Below, one piece after another: positions 7,374 through 14,742 of a stretch of DNA of 37,271 bases; the first letter of the stretch is position 1, and every line of letters begins with the position of its first letter. The notes under the pieces are model-generated. The model made no database searches and was not told where the DNA came from. It worked only from the letters and a program-made list of their open reading frames with translations. The DNA lies in the IMG/VR virus record IMGVR_UViG_3300045988_035176, positions 1 to 37,271 of that record. One strand, 5' to 3'. Source of the DNA: a virus. The position numbers and the translations under genes are program-made.

Positions 7374-7783
7374 TTTCCACTGCTTCCGAAACCTTTATCA
7401 CCACGCTCGGTATTTTCATCCAATGAATCCACGATGTGAATACCACCATAAAACACTGGAATTACAACCAACTGTGATATTTTATCTCCTGCATGCACCA
7501 GATAGTTTTCATCAGAATTGTTATACAGTTTCACCAGAATTTCGCCTGTATATCCTTCATCAATCAATCCTGTTGATGTAATGCCGTGATTGACGTTCAA
7601 ACCACTTTTAGAAACCAACAACCCTGCCGTTCCATGTAGCAACTGAACATGCAATCCAGTATGAAATAAAGCACTACTGTGTGCTTTTACAAGCCTTGTC
7701 TCACGTGATCTTATATCTAATCCTGCATCAGTTTTGTGCGCTCTATTCGGCGCATACGCGCCTTTTTCAATGTAAATATTCAT
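7370..7783 (-). CDS. dut: dUTP diphosphatase (trimeric dUTPase).
   Basis: Motifs AGLDIRS, GLIDEGYTGEI and RGDKGFGSSG are present. Confidence 0.85.
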   Translation of the reverse strand: MNIYIEKGAYAPNRAHKTDAGLDIRSRETRLVKAHSSALFHTGLHVQLLHGTAGLLVSKSGLNVNHGITSTGLIDEGYTGEILVKLYNNSDENYLVHAGDKISQLVVIPVFYGGIHIVDSLDENTERGDKGFGSSGK

Positions 7784-8238
7784 TTGTTTTTCCTCATTTC
7801 TATGTACTTTAATTTCGCAACCTCATCTGGCGTAAGTACAGGTATGCCCTGTCCTTCACAGTCTCTAATCAATCCATCAAGAAGGATTGAAAACTCTTTT
7901 GAATCCATATCCGAACTTCCTTTGTAAATCTTGTAATGTGTAAACTCTTTTCCGTCAAGATCACTTTTACCGATTTCTTCATAATACCGAAAATATCCAT
8001 CAACTTTTATGTCTGACCTTACCGACACAACCTCACACGTGCTGTATCGCTTAATCATCATGAAATGTACTTCTTCACTGCTAAACCTCATAACGCTAGC
8101 CAACTGGTTGAGCAAAGACCAGTAGTACGCATTGGCTGTGAGTGATCTTTTCGATTTTTTCTCTTTTATCTCGTACAGTTTTTCTGCGTCCTGCTGGTCG
8201 AACAACCACTGGATGATAGCTTTTGCATTTCCTATCAT
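7780..8238 (-). CDS. NinB/Orf-like recombination mediator (tentative).
   Basis: KRSLTANAYYWSLLNQLA and SSDMDSKEFSILLDGLI parallel the lambda NinB segments RSLDQNRKLWACL and SRMRVGEFAELLE. Confidence 0.4.
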   Translation of the reverse strand: MIGNAKAIIQWLFDQQDAEKLYEIKEKKSKRSLTANAYYWSLLNQLASVMRFSSEEVHFMMIKRYSTCEVVSVRSDIKVDGYFRYYEEIGKSDLDGKEFTHYKIYKGSSDMDSKEFSILLDGLIRDCEGQGIPVLTPDEVAKLKYIEMRKNK

Positions 8239-8252
8239 GCCATTATTACCGC

Positions 8253-8657
8253 CTAGAATGGCAATTCAGACTCGGATATGTCGTTACTTGTATTTCCCCA
8301 ACCATAATCATAGTTGCTATTATTTTGAACGCTAGGGCCATAAGAAGCCATTTCACGCTTACGCTCCAAGAACTGAAAGCTTGTCGTAATTACTTCTGTC
8401 ACATAAACCATTCTGCCGTCCTTCTCATAATTTCTTGTTTGAATGTGCCCAGTCACTCCAAACAAGTCGCCCTTATGAACATATCGTGCGATTGTTTCAG
8501 CTGCCTTGTCCCATGCAATGCAGTTGATAAAGTCTGCACCGTCTTCTTTTTTTCTGCGATCAACTGCCAATGTGAATGATACAACTGGTGTTCCGTTCTG
8601 CGTTCTCCGTTCCTCAACATCTTTCGTAAGTCTTCCAATCAAACTAACATTGTTCAT
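8253..8657 (-). CDS. ssb: Single-stranded DNA-binding protein.
   Basis: An OB-fold N-terminus (MNNVSLIGRLTKDVE...) and an acidic C-terminal tip (SESELPF). A GGAGGA RBS precedes the ATG at 8657. Confidence 0.85.
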   Translation of the reverse strand: MNNVSLIGRLTKDVEERRTQNGTPVVSFTLAVDRRKKEDGADFINCIAWDKAAETIARYVHKGDLFGVTGHIQTRNYEKDGRMVYVTEVITTSFQFLERKREMASYGPSVQNNSNYDYGWGNTSNDISESELPF

Positions 8658-9247
8658 TTTTCGTTTTCCTCCAAAAATTTTTCGATTAGTTCCCATGTCA
8701 TGCCCTCGTTCACAGGACTGTCAATAAATTTTCTGATGCCATCCCTGATATGTATGATCTTCAGAAATTTTGCATCAACTCCATAGCTTTGCATCAGTCC
8801 GATTCTGTACAAATTCAGCTGATATGCGATCTTTTCCTTGTTTAATGCGCTGACGGTTTTAATGTCCGCAATGCCAGTTTCACCATCCATCAGCATTGTC
8901 ATGTCAAGCCGTCCACATGCTACCGGCATATCATCCTTGAAAATCACAATCGGAAGTTCACTGTCCAGAACCTCGAATCCGTATTGCTTCTGCAAAAATT
9001 TAAAGTTTCGCACTGCTTCGCTTCCATCATCATAGCCTGAGTTGTTGTAGTTCTCGATTGCCTTATGTACTGCCGTACCTCTTTTGGCCGCATTATTCAA
9101 CACGGCAGGAAGAACGCTTGCATATTCATTTCTAAACTTCGCACCAAGAATCTGCGAGACACTTGGCAACATAAGCCCCTCATACAGATATGTATGTGTT
9201 TCAGGAAAAAATTCAAGCGTGCCGCCTTTAATGCTGAATGTTTCCAT
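8654..9247 (-). CDS. PD-(D/E)XK (RecB/Cas4-like) nuclease.
   Basis: The N-terminal THTYLYEG..LPSVSQIL and the GRLDM ... IADIKT motif are typical of phage PD-(D/E)XK exonucleases that accompany annealing proteins. Confidence 0.6.
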   Translation of the reverse strand: METFSIKGGTLEFFPETHTYLYEGLMLPSVSQILGAKFRNEYASVLPAVLNNAAKRGTAVHKAIENYNNSGYDDGSEAVRNFKFLQKQYGFEVLDSELPIVIFKDDMPVACGRLDMTMLMDGETGIADIKTVSALNKEKIAYQLNLYRIGLMQSYGVDAKFLKIIHIRDGIRKFIDSPVNEGMTWELIEKFLEENEK

Positions 9248-9561
9248 TATTTAACCGTGATGCGGATGGATGGTTTCACTTTTGAAATTTTGACGTACAT
9301 GTCATACACGTCAGGATTCTCATCCTTAAATGTTTTGCTGTCAAACCTTTCTGCATCATGTTCTGGAACAAGTGCAATCTTAAGAAATTCGTTGTCTAAC
9401 TTTAATACGCCGTACTTCTGCATAGCCTCAAGAATTTCAGCTTTCATGCTGTCCTGTTGTTTCTTGATTTCTTTCGCCTGCTTCTCAAGGTTGATGATTC
9501 TCTCGCATACTTCTTCAGACAATGCAACGTCTGAGTCTTTTCTTTCGATAATGTTATTCAT
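9247..9561 (-). CDS. Siphovirus Gp157-like protein.
   Basis: A coiled-coil N-terminus plus AERFDSKTFKDENPDVYDMYVK resembles the Sipho_Gp157 family. An AGAGAGG RBS precedes the ATG at 9561. Confidence 0.5.
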   Translation of the reverse strand: MNNIIERKDSDVALSEEVCERIINLEKQAKEIKKQQDSMKAEILEAMQKYGVLKLDNEFLKIALVPEHDAERFDSKTFKDENPDVYDMYVKISKVKPSIRITVK

Positions 9562-9841
9562 TTGTTTCATCCTCTCTGTAGTTAAATTTAGTAAAATCAT
9601 ATTTGCCGATAACTCGTTTGAGTGGCTCACATCCTGCACCTGCAAGAACACGCAATGCTTGCTCCACATCATTACTAGTTGAAGTGCAAACTGCAAGCAC
9701 TGTTACCATTTTTTCTCCGAACTTCGTATCAACTAACACTTCGTCACCACTCTTGATGCTTGCATAAAGCGGTGCATAGAACAGGAATTTTTTTGGGCTG
9801 TCAGTGTGCTGACATACTACAAATTGCACGTAACTACTCAT
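9554..9841 (-). CDS. Hypothetical protein (95 aa).
   Basis: ORF with a GAAAGG RBS in an operon context. Confidence 0.55.
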   Translation of the reverse strand: MSSYVQFVVCQHTDSPKKFLFYAPLYASIKSGDEVLVDTKFGEKMVTVLAVCTSTSNDVEQALRVLAGAGCEPLKRVIGKYDFTKFNYREDETNE

Positions 9842-10451
9842 GATTGTCCGCCTTTCTCTGTTTCATAATCTTTCCAATCAACTCGCTTGCTTTCGACATT
9901 GGCATATCTTCCAGCTTTTCGATTTTGTTCATCTTTAACAGCTTTTCTAGATTCTCGCCAGTGTAATTCTTGCTCAATACTTCAATCTGTCTTGGTGACG
10001 CCTTGCGTTCCGTGCTGTTCGTTGCTTCATCATCATTTCCGTCTGTATCTTCTTCAGTTGCCATGCCAAGGAATGCACCTAATGAGTAACGCTTGCGGTA
10101 TGTGATCTCTGCACCCTCATCCTGAAGCTTCGCACCTTCCTTAACTGCAAACGGGTAGGTGTTTGTCTCGAATACATGTCCACTCTCGTGAACAAGAATA
10201 CATCGAACACCATTTATGCCATTCTCATCAACCCCAATGGGCTGTAATAGCGCAAAGTGCTTATTTTCCTTTATTTTGTTTAAAATGTTGTCTAATGGCA
10301 CATAATTAAATTCCTTCTTAACCCACTCGCCTGTCTTTCGATTCTGCACGGAATAATTTACCTGTGCGGACTTTTCAAGTCCTCTCAGCTGATTTACCAG
10401 CTCAATCAAGTCTACTGCGACTTCTTTTTTAATGTTTTCAAAACCTTTCAT
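9834..10451 (-). CDS. ERF-family single-strand annealing protein.
   Basis: The pattern FNYVPLDNILNKIK...ITYRKRYSLGAFLGMATEEDTDGNDD is present. The likely start is MKGFENIKK at 10451. Confidence 0.7.
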   Translation of the reverse strand: MKGFENIKKEVAVDLIELVNQLRGLEKSAQVNYSVQNRKTGEWVKKEFNYVPLDNILNKIKENKHFALLQPIGVDENGINGVRCILVHESGHVFETNTYPFAVKEGAKLQDEGAEITYRKRYSLGAFLGMATEEDTDGNDDEATNSTERKASPRQIEVLSKNYTGENLEKLLKMNKIEKLEDMPMSKASELIGKIMKQRKADNHE

Positions 10452-10560
10452 TTTTTCCTTTTTCCTTTCTTTTTGAAACATCCATTTCATACTGTTCAAT
10501 AATTGCTCTTAATTCTTCTGCGTTTCCGTTTTGTATAATACTTGCTACGATTTCTAACAT
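10438..10560 (-). CDS. Small hypothetical protein (40 aa, MLEIVASIIQNGNAEELRAII...).
   Basis: Hand-translated. A GGGAG RBS lies 8 nt upstream. It sits directly after the Cro-like stop and overlaps the ERF start. Confidence 0.35.
   Translation of the reverse strand: MLEIVASIIQNGNAEELRAIIEQYEMDVSKRKEKGKNERF
10465..10479. repeat. GTTTC-N5-GAAAC motif copy with one mismatch (CTTTCTTTTTGAAAC).
   Basis: It lies just upstream of the ERF ribosome-binding site. Confidence 0.5.
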
Positions 10561-10564
10561 CTTC

Positions 10565-10759
10565 TCAGCTCCCAATTATTAAACTCGCATTTTCCTTACC
10601 AAATACCTTGCAGAACACTTTGACAAGCTTTGTAGAAGGATTGTGCGTTCCTTGCTCAATACAAGCATAATGGCTAGTCGATATTCCAAGCATTTCTGCT
10701 ACATCTTTCTGAGTTAATCCCTTTGATACTCGAAACGCTTTCAGCTCTGCTCTTTTCAT
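10565..10759 (-). CDS. Cro-like XRE-family HTH regulator.
   Basis: The HTH is GLTQKDVAEMLGISTSHYACIEQG. An AAGGGGG RBS precedes the ATG at 10759. It is divergent from the CI-like gene. Confidence 0.75.
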   Translation of the reverse strand: MKRAELKAFRVSKGLTQKDVAEMLGISTSHYACIEQGTHNPSTKLVKVFCKVFGKENASLIIGS

Positions 10760-10783
10760 TTCGTGCCCCCTTTCTTTGCCTAC

Positions 10784-10811
10784 ATTATAAACCATTATCA
10801 TCAAATTGCAA
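10784..10811 (-). promoter_or_regulatory. Early (Cro) promoter (TTGCAA, 16 nt spacer, TATAAT).
   Basis: The minus strand reads TTGCAATTTGATGATAATGGTTTATAAT. It contains the 15-bp box 10794-10808. Confidence 0.6.
10794..10808. promoter_or_regulatory. 15-bp box ATTATCATCAAATTG. Candidate operator within the Cro promoter spacer.
   Basis: Identical to 6618-6632. A related copy, TTATCATCGAAAT, is at 10866-10878. Confidence 0.45.
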
Positions 10812-10844
10812 CTACTTTTCATCTTTTTTTGATTATTTATTATT

Positions 10845-10859
10845 GTTTCAAATAGTTAC
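10845..10859. repeat. GTTTC-N5-GAAAC motif, inverted spacer orientation, degenerate copy (GTTTCAAATAGTTAC).
   Basis: It matches the reverse complement of the 5582 copy at 13 of 15 positions. It lies in the CI/Cro intergenic region. Confidence 0.4.
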
Positions 10860-10865
10860 GGTGTG

Positions 10866-10878
10866 TTATCATCGAAAT
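10866..10878. promoter_or_regulatory. Variant operator-like box TTATCATCGAAAT.
   Basis: It matches the core of the 15-bp box at 12 of 13 positions. It lies about 30 bp upstream of the CI-like start. Confidence 0.35.
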
Positions 10879-10906
10879 ATAAACTTTTTTAGGTTGTGTA
10901 AAAATA

Positions 10907-11248
10907 ATGATAAACAATAAATCGATAGGAAGGAAACTTAAAGAACTGCGCAACTCACGTGATCTCAAACAGTCTGAGCTTGCTGAAATGGTCGGGCTTT
11001 CTCGTCCTGCCATTTCAAATATCGAATCTGGGAAACGTTCTTTGACTCTTTCAACGCTGAAACGTTTTTGTGAGGTTTACGGCATTGACATTTCATACTT
11101 TGGAATTGATACAACAAGCTATGATGAAGCGACAGACCTCACACTGCGCATCGAGTCTCTGTTTCACGATCTTCCAGAAGCTGAGAAGGATGAGCTATAT
11201 CTGAAGATAATGAAACTGTACCTTGACAGCAAAAATGTTTCTGATTGA
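10907..11248 (+). CDS. CI-like XRE-family repressor.
   Basis: The HTH is LKQSELAEMVGLSRPAISNIESG, followed by a C-terminal helical domain. It is divergent from the Cro-like gene and co-oriented with the integrase. Confidence 0.75.
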   Translation: MINNKSIGRKLKELRNSRDLKQSELAEMVGLSRPAISNIESGKRSLTLSTLKRFCEVYGIDISYFGIDTTSYDEATDLTLRIESLFHDLPEAEKDELYLKIMKLYLDSKNVSD

Positions 11249-11354
11249 AACCATCTGTCGAAAAAAAAGAGTTGTCTAACTCATACTCGATTTTGAGATT
11301 TTCCTGTTCGGCATAAAGATTAAACAACAACGAATATATTTTTTCTGCGTCCAT
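11139..11354 (-). CDS. Questionable ORF (71 aa) antisense to the 3' end of the repressor gene.
   Basis: The ORF starts in the repressor-integrase gap with a GAGGGG/GGTGA RBS. It then overlaps 110 nt of the repressor gene on the opposite strand. Confidence 0.25.
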   Translation of the reverse strand: MDAEKIYSLLFNLYAEQENLKIEYELDNSFFSTDGFNQKHFCCQGTVSLSSDIAHPSQLLEDRETETRCAV

Positions 11355-11422
11355 ATTTTCACCGCCCCTCATCGGCTAGTATGGACTGCTTTTTTTATTT
11401 TCAAACAAACGGATGTATTTTT

Positions 11423-12757
11423 ATGAGAAAAAATCTGCGAGTGGCAGGATACGCTCGTGTTTCCACTGATGAACAAAAGAAATATGGATACTCAATACAG
11501 GCCCAGACTGAAGAAATAACGCAATGGTGCAACGATAATGGTCATGCCCTGCAACATATCTATATTGACGAAGGATACTCAGCAAGCAACATGAAACGTC
11601 CGCAGCTTCAATCCATGCTGTCAAACCTTCGTGATCTGGATGCAATCGCCTTTACTCGTCTTGACCGTCTTTCACGTAACGTCCTTGAAGCTAATAAAAT
11701 GCTTGAACTACTTCAGCAAAATAATGTTGCCATGATTTCCATTTGTGAGGACGATATCAATACGTCAACGGCAAATGGCTTGTTCATGTTCAACCTGAAA
11801 GTCAATCTTGCAGAACATGAATTAAAAAAAGGCTCTGAACGTATCAAAGCTGTGTTTGAATACAAGATTGCACAAGGACAACCTATCACTGGTAATGTTC
11901 CTTTCGGTTACAAAATCACCACGGAAAACGGCAATAAACGCATTGTAATTGATGAATCCAAAGCACCAATAGTGAAAGACATTTTTGGTTCATTTCTTCT
12001 GCATCAATCAGTCCATCACACTGTCGAATACGTAAACAATAAATACGGACTGTCTAGACCTTACATGTCATACATGCACATTCTGAAGAATGAATTTTAT
12101 GCAGGCTCATACCGTGGCAATTCCAATTATGCCGAACCATATATCACGAAAGAAACATACAATGCCGTTCAGACCGCATTACAGTCCAATATACGCACTG
12201 GAATACAACGTCATGTATATTTATTTACTGGACTGTTAAGATGCCCAGAATGCCGTTCTAAGTTGGTTGGAGTGAGCCATCCAAAAGGTGGCAAAAGATA
12301 TTACTATTATCGTTGTAACAATGCCCACTCAGTGCATACATGCACCCACAAAAAGCACTATGCGGAGCTGGCAACAGAAAAGTATCTATTGTCTAATCTT
12401 GATAACCTGCTTAAAGATCATATAGCCACAATATCAAGCATCACATCGGAAACAAAGAACACAACTGAAAAGGAATTAAAAGAATTAAGGAAAGAACTTG
12501 ATAATCTGAATTATATCTTTATCAAGAAACGCATGCCTGTGAGCACCTATGAACGCCTGTACGCCGAAACTGAAGATAAAATAAAAAGGCTTGAATCCTT
12601 CAAACCTAAAAACACCGATCATCTTAACCAATTTCTGAACAGCGGTTGGCTCTCAATATATGGCAACCTAACACGTGAGAACAAGCGCACACTGTGGCGC
12701 AACATCCTTGATTCTGTCCATGTTTCCCCTGATGGGATAGAAGTTTTCTTCAAGTAA
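11423..12757 (+). CDS. int: Large serine recombinase (integrase).
   Basis: It has an N-terminal resolvase catalytic motif (AGYARVSTDEQ), a recombinase domain, a zinc ribbon (CPECRSKL...YYYYRCNN) and a coiled coil. The ATG at 11423 gives 444 aa. Confidence 0.9.
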   Translation: MRKNLRVAGYARVSTDEQKKYGYSIQAQTEEITQWCNDNGHALQHIYIDEGYSASNMKRPQLQSMLSNLRDLDAIAFTRLDRLSRNVLEANKMLELLQQNNVAMISICEDDINTSTANGLFMFNLKVNLAEHELKKGSERIKAVFEYKIAQGQPITGNVPFGYKITTENGNKRIVIDESKAPIVKDIFGSFLLHQSVHHTVEYVNNKYGLSRPYMSYMHILKNEFYAGSYRGNSNYAEPYITKETYNAVQTALQSNIRTGIQRHVYLFTGLLRCPECRSKLVGVSHPKGGKRYYYYRCNNAHSVHTCTHKKHYAELATEKYLLSNLDNLLKDHIATISSITSETKNTTEKELKELRKELDNLNYIFIKKRMPVSTYERLYAETEDKIKRLESFKPKNTDHLNQFLNSGWLSIYGNLTRENKRTLWRNILDSVHVSPDGIEVFFK

Positions 12758-12797
12758 AAAGCAGACATTTCTGCCTGCCGATTACTAGGAGAATTTC

Positions 12798-12881
12798 ATG
12801 CCTAAATGTCAACTAAACCCTACGCCTATAATATACACCAATCAATCACCTAATGCAAACGGTGATTTTTTTCTGTACTAA
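12798..12881 (+). CDS. Micro-ORF (27 aa, MPKCQLNPTPIIYTNQSPNANGDFFLY). Doubtful.
   Basis: An AGGAG RBS lies 7 nt upstream of the ATG. However, the ORF runs through the terminator hairpin at 12845-12872 and into the candidate attP. Confidence 0.2.
   Translation: MPKCQLNPTPIIYTNQSPNANGDFFLY
12845..12872 (+). terminator. Rho-independent terminator after the integrase gene.
   Basis: ATCACC, a 10-nt loop, then GGTGAT followed by a T run. Confidence 0.5.
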
Positions 12882-12915
12882 CATGGTATGACCTGTAGGC
12901 TATGACAAGTTAGTA
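12876..12915. other. Candidate attP core: a 40-bp imperfect dyad with TACTAAC ... GTTAGTA arms.
   Basis: The 7-bp inverted arms enclose 26 bp, and the inner halves are partly symmetric (7 of 13). It lies in the only sizeable non-coding gap next to the serine integrase. Confidence 0.3.
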
Positions 12916-12930
12916 TAGAATTTCATGCAT

Positions 12931-12966
12931 AAAAAAAACAGCCCGCCGAATACCCCCGACAAGCTG
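12931..12966 (-). terminator. Rho-independent terminator at the end of the late (tail) operon.
   Basis: The minus strand reads CAGCUUGUCG-GGGGUAUU-CGGCGGGCUG followed by U8. It lies about 55 nt after the stop of the receptor-binding protein gene. Confidence 0.65.
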
Positions 12967-13022
12967 AGAAAGGAAGTGGTGAACATGAACAACACCACGT
13001 TCCTAGTATATCATGATTTTGC

Positions 13023-14741
13023 TTAATATCCAACTACTCTAGTTATAAAAATCGCATTTTCTGCTGAATATACTGAGCCGTTGCTTTTCAAAGTGATCTG
13101 ATAATTCTTACTGAATGTGATCATTGAACCCGAAACATTTACAAGAGCAAACTTTGCATAGTCATAATCCGCAATATAATGAATCGTTCCTAAATGCACA
13201 AGTTTTCCGTTTGGACTGAATACCTTAACACTTCCACAAGCATTATCACCAGACGACCTGTAGAAAATTTCAAGATAAGTATAATTTTCCGCACTGTCTG
13301 ACAATGTTACAGTTCCTGCCGTACCGCTTGCACTGTTGTAAAGCACCTGACCACTAATGCAAACGCCATTGACTTCAAGGCTGTTATCGTGTTTCGGAAA
13401 ACAATTCACACCAAAGCTGTATTTCTTGATGTCCGTGTACGTAATCGGGATACCCTTTGAAAGAATCAGATTGTAGGTTGTCTTTCCTATCCTGTCAGAA
13501 ACCTCAACCTGTACGTTCCACTCGTACTTGTTATCAGCCGTAAAGCTTGTATCGGTGTTATTCTGAATTGTCGTGTAAGTGCTGAAAGTACTGTCTGCAA
13601 CCTTCTTCGTGCGGTACTTAATCGTTACTTCATTTTTTTCGCCTATTGACGCATAGTTTGCATTAACGTTCAAAATGCACTCTGAGTAATAATTGCTTTT
13701 ACGATTCAACTTTATTATGGCACTCGGCAAGCTCCAATCATATACAAGAACTGTGATATTTTTCTGGCTCACATTTCCCCTTGAATCAACGATTTTGACG
13801 GTCACTTCAGTGTCGTATGATACATTTACCACGCCGACATTTATAACTCCTGTAGAGCCGTTTAACGTGCCCGTATAAGCATTACCATTTACAACCGCTG
13901 TCAATGTTTTCAGCGTGGCACTGTTTAACGCCTTTGCATTGCTTATGCTGATTTGTAACGTAGAATTATTACGAATGATATATTGATTGTTTTCTGTGAT
14001 TGCAACTGTTGCCGAATTTGTATCTGAATACACCACATCAAAGACAGGGCTAGAATTTACAACGTGTGCAATAATGGTACATCTTGATGTTCCTATAACT
14101 GCACTGCCACTATACGTTGTTACAGCGATCTCTCCGGTCATGGCATTGCTGTTTGGCATTTGTGCATAAAGATTAGATGCAATCCTATCTGTATCAAGTG
14201 TAATATTATCTGTTACACCTGTGCCGATTGTATAACTGTATGAACCCAACTTCAACACAACAGTGTGCGTAAACACGGTTGACTTACGGTTCATATGCAC
14301 CACAATAGTATCGCCGATATTAAAGTCTGGAGAATTGTTCGGCCATGTGTTCAAACTTGGCTGTGATGCTCTGCCAATATCGGGAAGGCTCCAACTTCCA
14401 GAACCTTTACAGTTTACGCTCGTAACAGAAATTGCACACTCTGCATATGCGCTGAAACTCTTTGCACCGTTGGTATCGTGACCGATTGCAAGCTCTCCAG
14501 ATGCCACAACCGTTCCAGTGTACAACTTAATTCTTGTGTTTGACTGATAAACTGTAGTCCCATTTATAATGCACTTGAAAGGCCCTGCCATGTACCAATA
14601 GCCAGACTTAATTCCAGCGCCCTTCAACGTCCACGAAATGACAGACTGATTGTTTACGGTGCTTTGGCTTTTTAATGACCAGTCGAACTGTAAGCATGCA
14701 CCATCATATGCTGATGTTTTAAATGTTCCTGATGTAGCCAT
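13023..14741 (-). CDS. Receptor-binding / tail-tip protein, DUF859 (ReqiPepy6 Gp37-like) N-terminal domain.
   Basis: The N-terminus MATSGTFKTSAYDGACLQFDWSLKSQSTVNNQSVISWTLKGAG...YMAGPF...NCKGSGSWSLPDIGRASQPS fits that family. It is the last gene of the tail operon. Confidence 0.6.
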   Translation of the reverse strand: MATSGTFKTSAYDGACLQFDWSLKSQSTVNNQSVISWTLKGAGIKSGYWYMAGPFKCIINGTTVYQSNTRIKLYTGTVVASGELAIGHDTNGAKSFSAYAECAISVTSVNCKGSGSWSLPDIGRASQPSLNTWPNNSPDFNIGDTIVVHMNRKSTVFTHTVVLKLGSYSYTIGTGVTDNITLDTDRIASNLYAQMPNSNAMTGEIAVTTYSGSAVIGTSRCTIIAHVVNSSPVFDVVYSDTNSATVAITENNQYIIRNNSTLQISISNAKALNSATLKTLTAVVNGNAYTGTLNGSTGVINVGVVNVSYDTEVTVKIVDSRGNVSQKNITVLVYDWSLPSAIIKLNRKSNYYSECILNVNANYASIGEKNEVTIKYRTKKVADSTFSTYTTIQNNTDTSFTADNKYEWNVQVEVSDRIGKTTYNLILSKGIPITYTDIKKYSFGVNCFPKHDNSLEVNGVCISGQVLYNSASGTAGTVTLSDSAENYTYLEIFYRSSGDNACGSVKVFSPNGKLVHLGTIHYIADYDYAKFALVNVSGSMITFSKNYQITLKSNGSVYSAENAIFITRVVGY

Positions 14742-14742
14742 A

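Noticed and set aside
7699-10965. A shared 12-mer, CTCACGTGATCT, containing the parS core TCACGTGA, found in the dut gene (7699-7710) and the CI-like gene (10954-10965).
   Set aside because: Its flanks do not match the parS arms (TGTT/AACA). Both copies are inside coding sequence. In 37 kb, dozens of pairs of identical 12-mers are expected by chance.
9834-11422. Long N-terminal extensions in the ORF track: ERF from 10499, Cro-like from 10822, integrase from 11381, SSB from 8696, Gp157-like from 9696 and protease from 27521.
   Set aside because: Internal ATG codons preceded by good Shine-Dalgarno sequences give proteins that begin where the conserved domains begin. The extensions overlap upstream genes or promoters and have an atypical composition.
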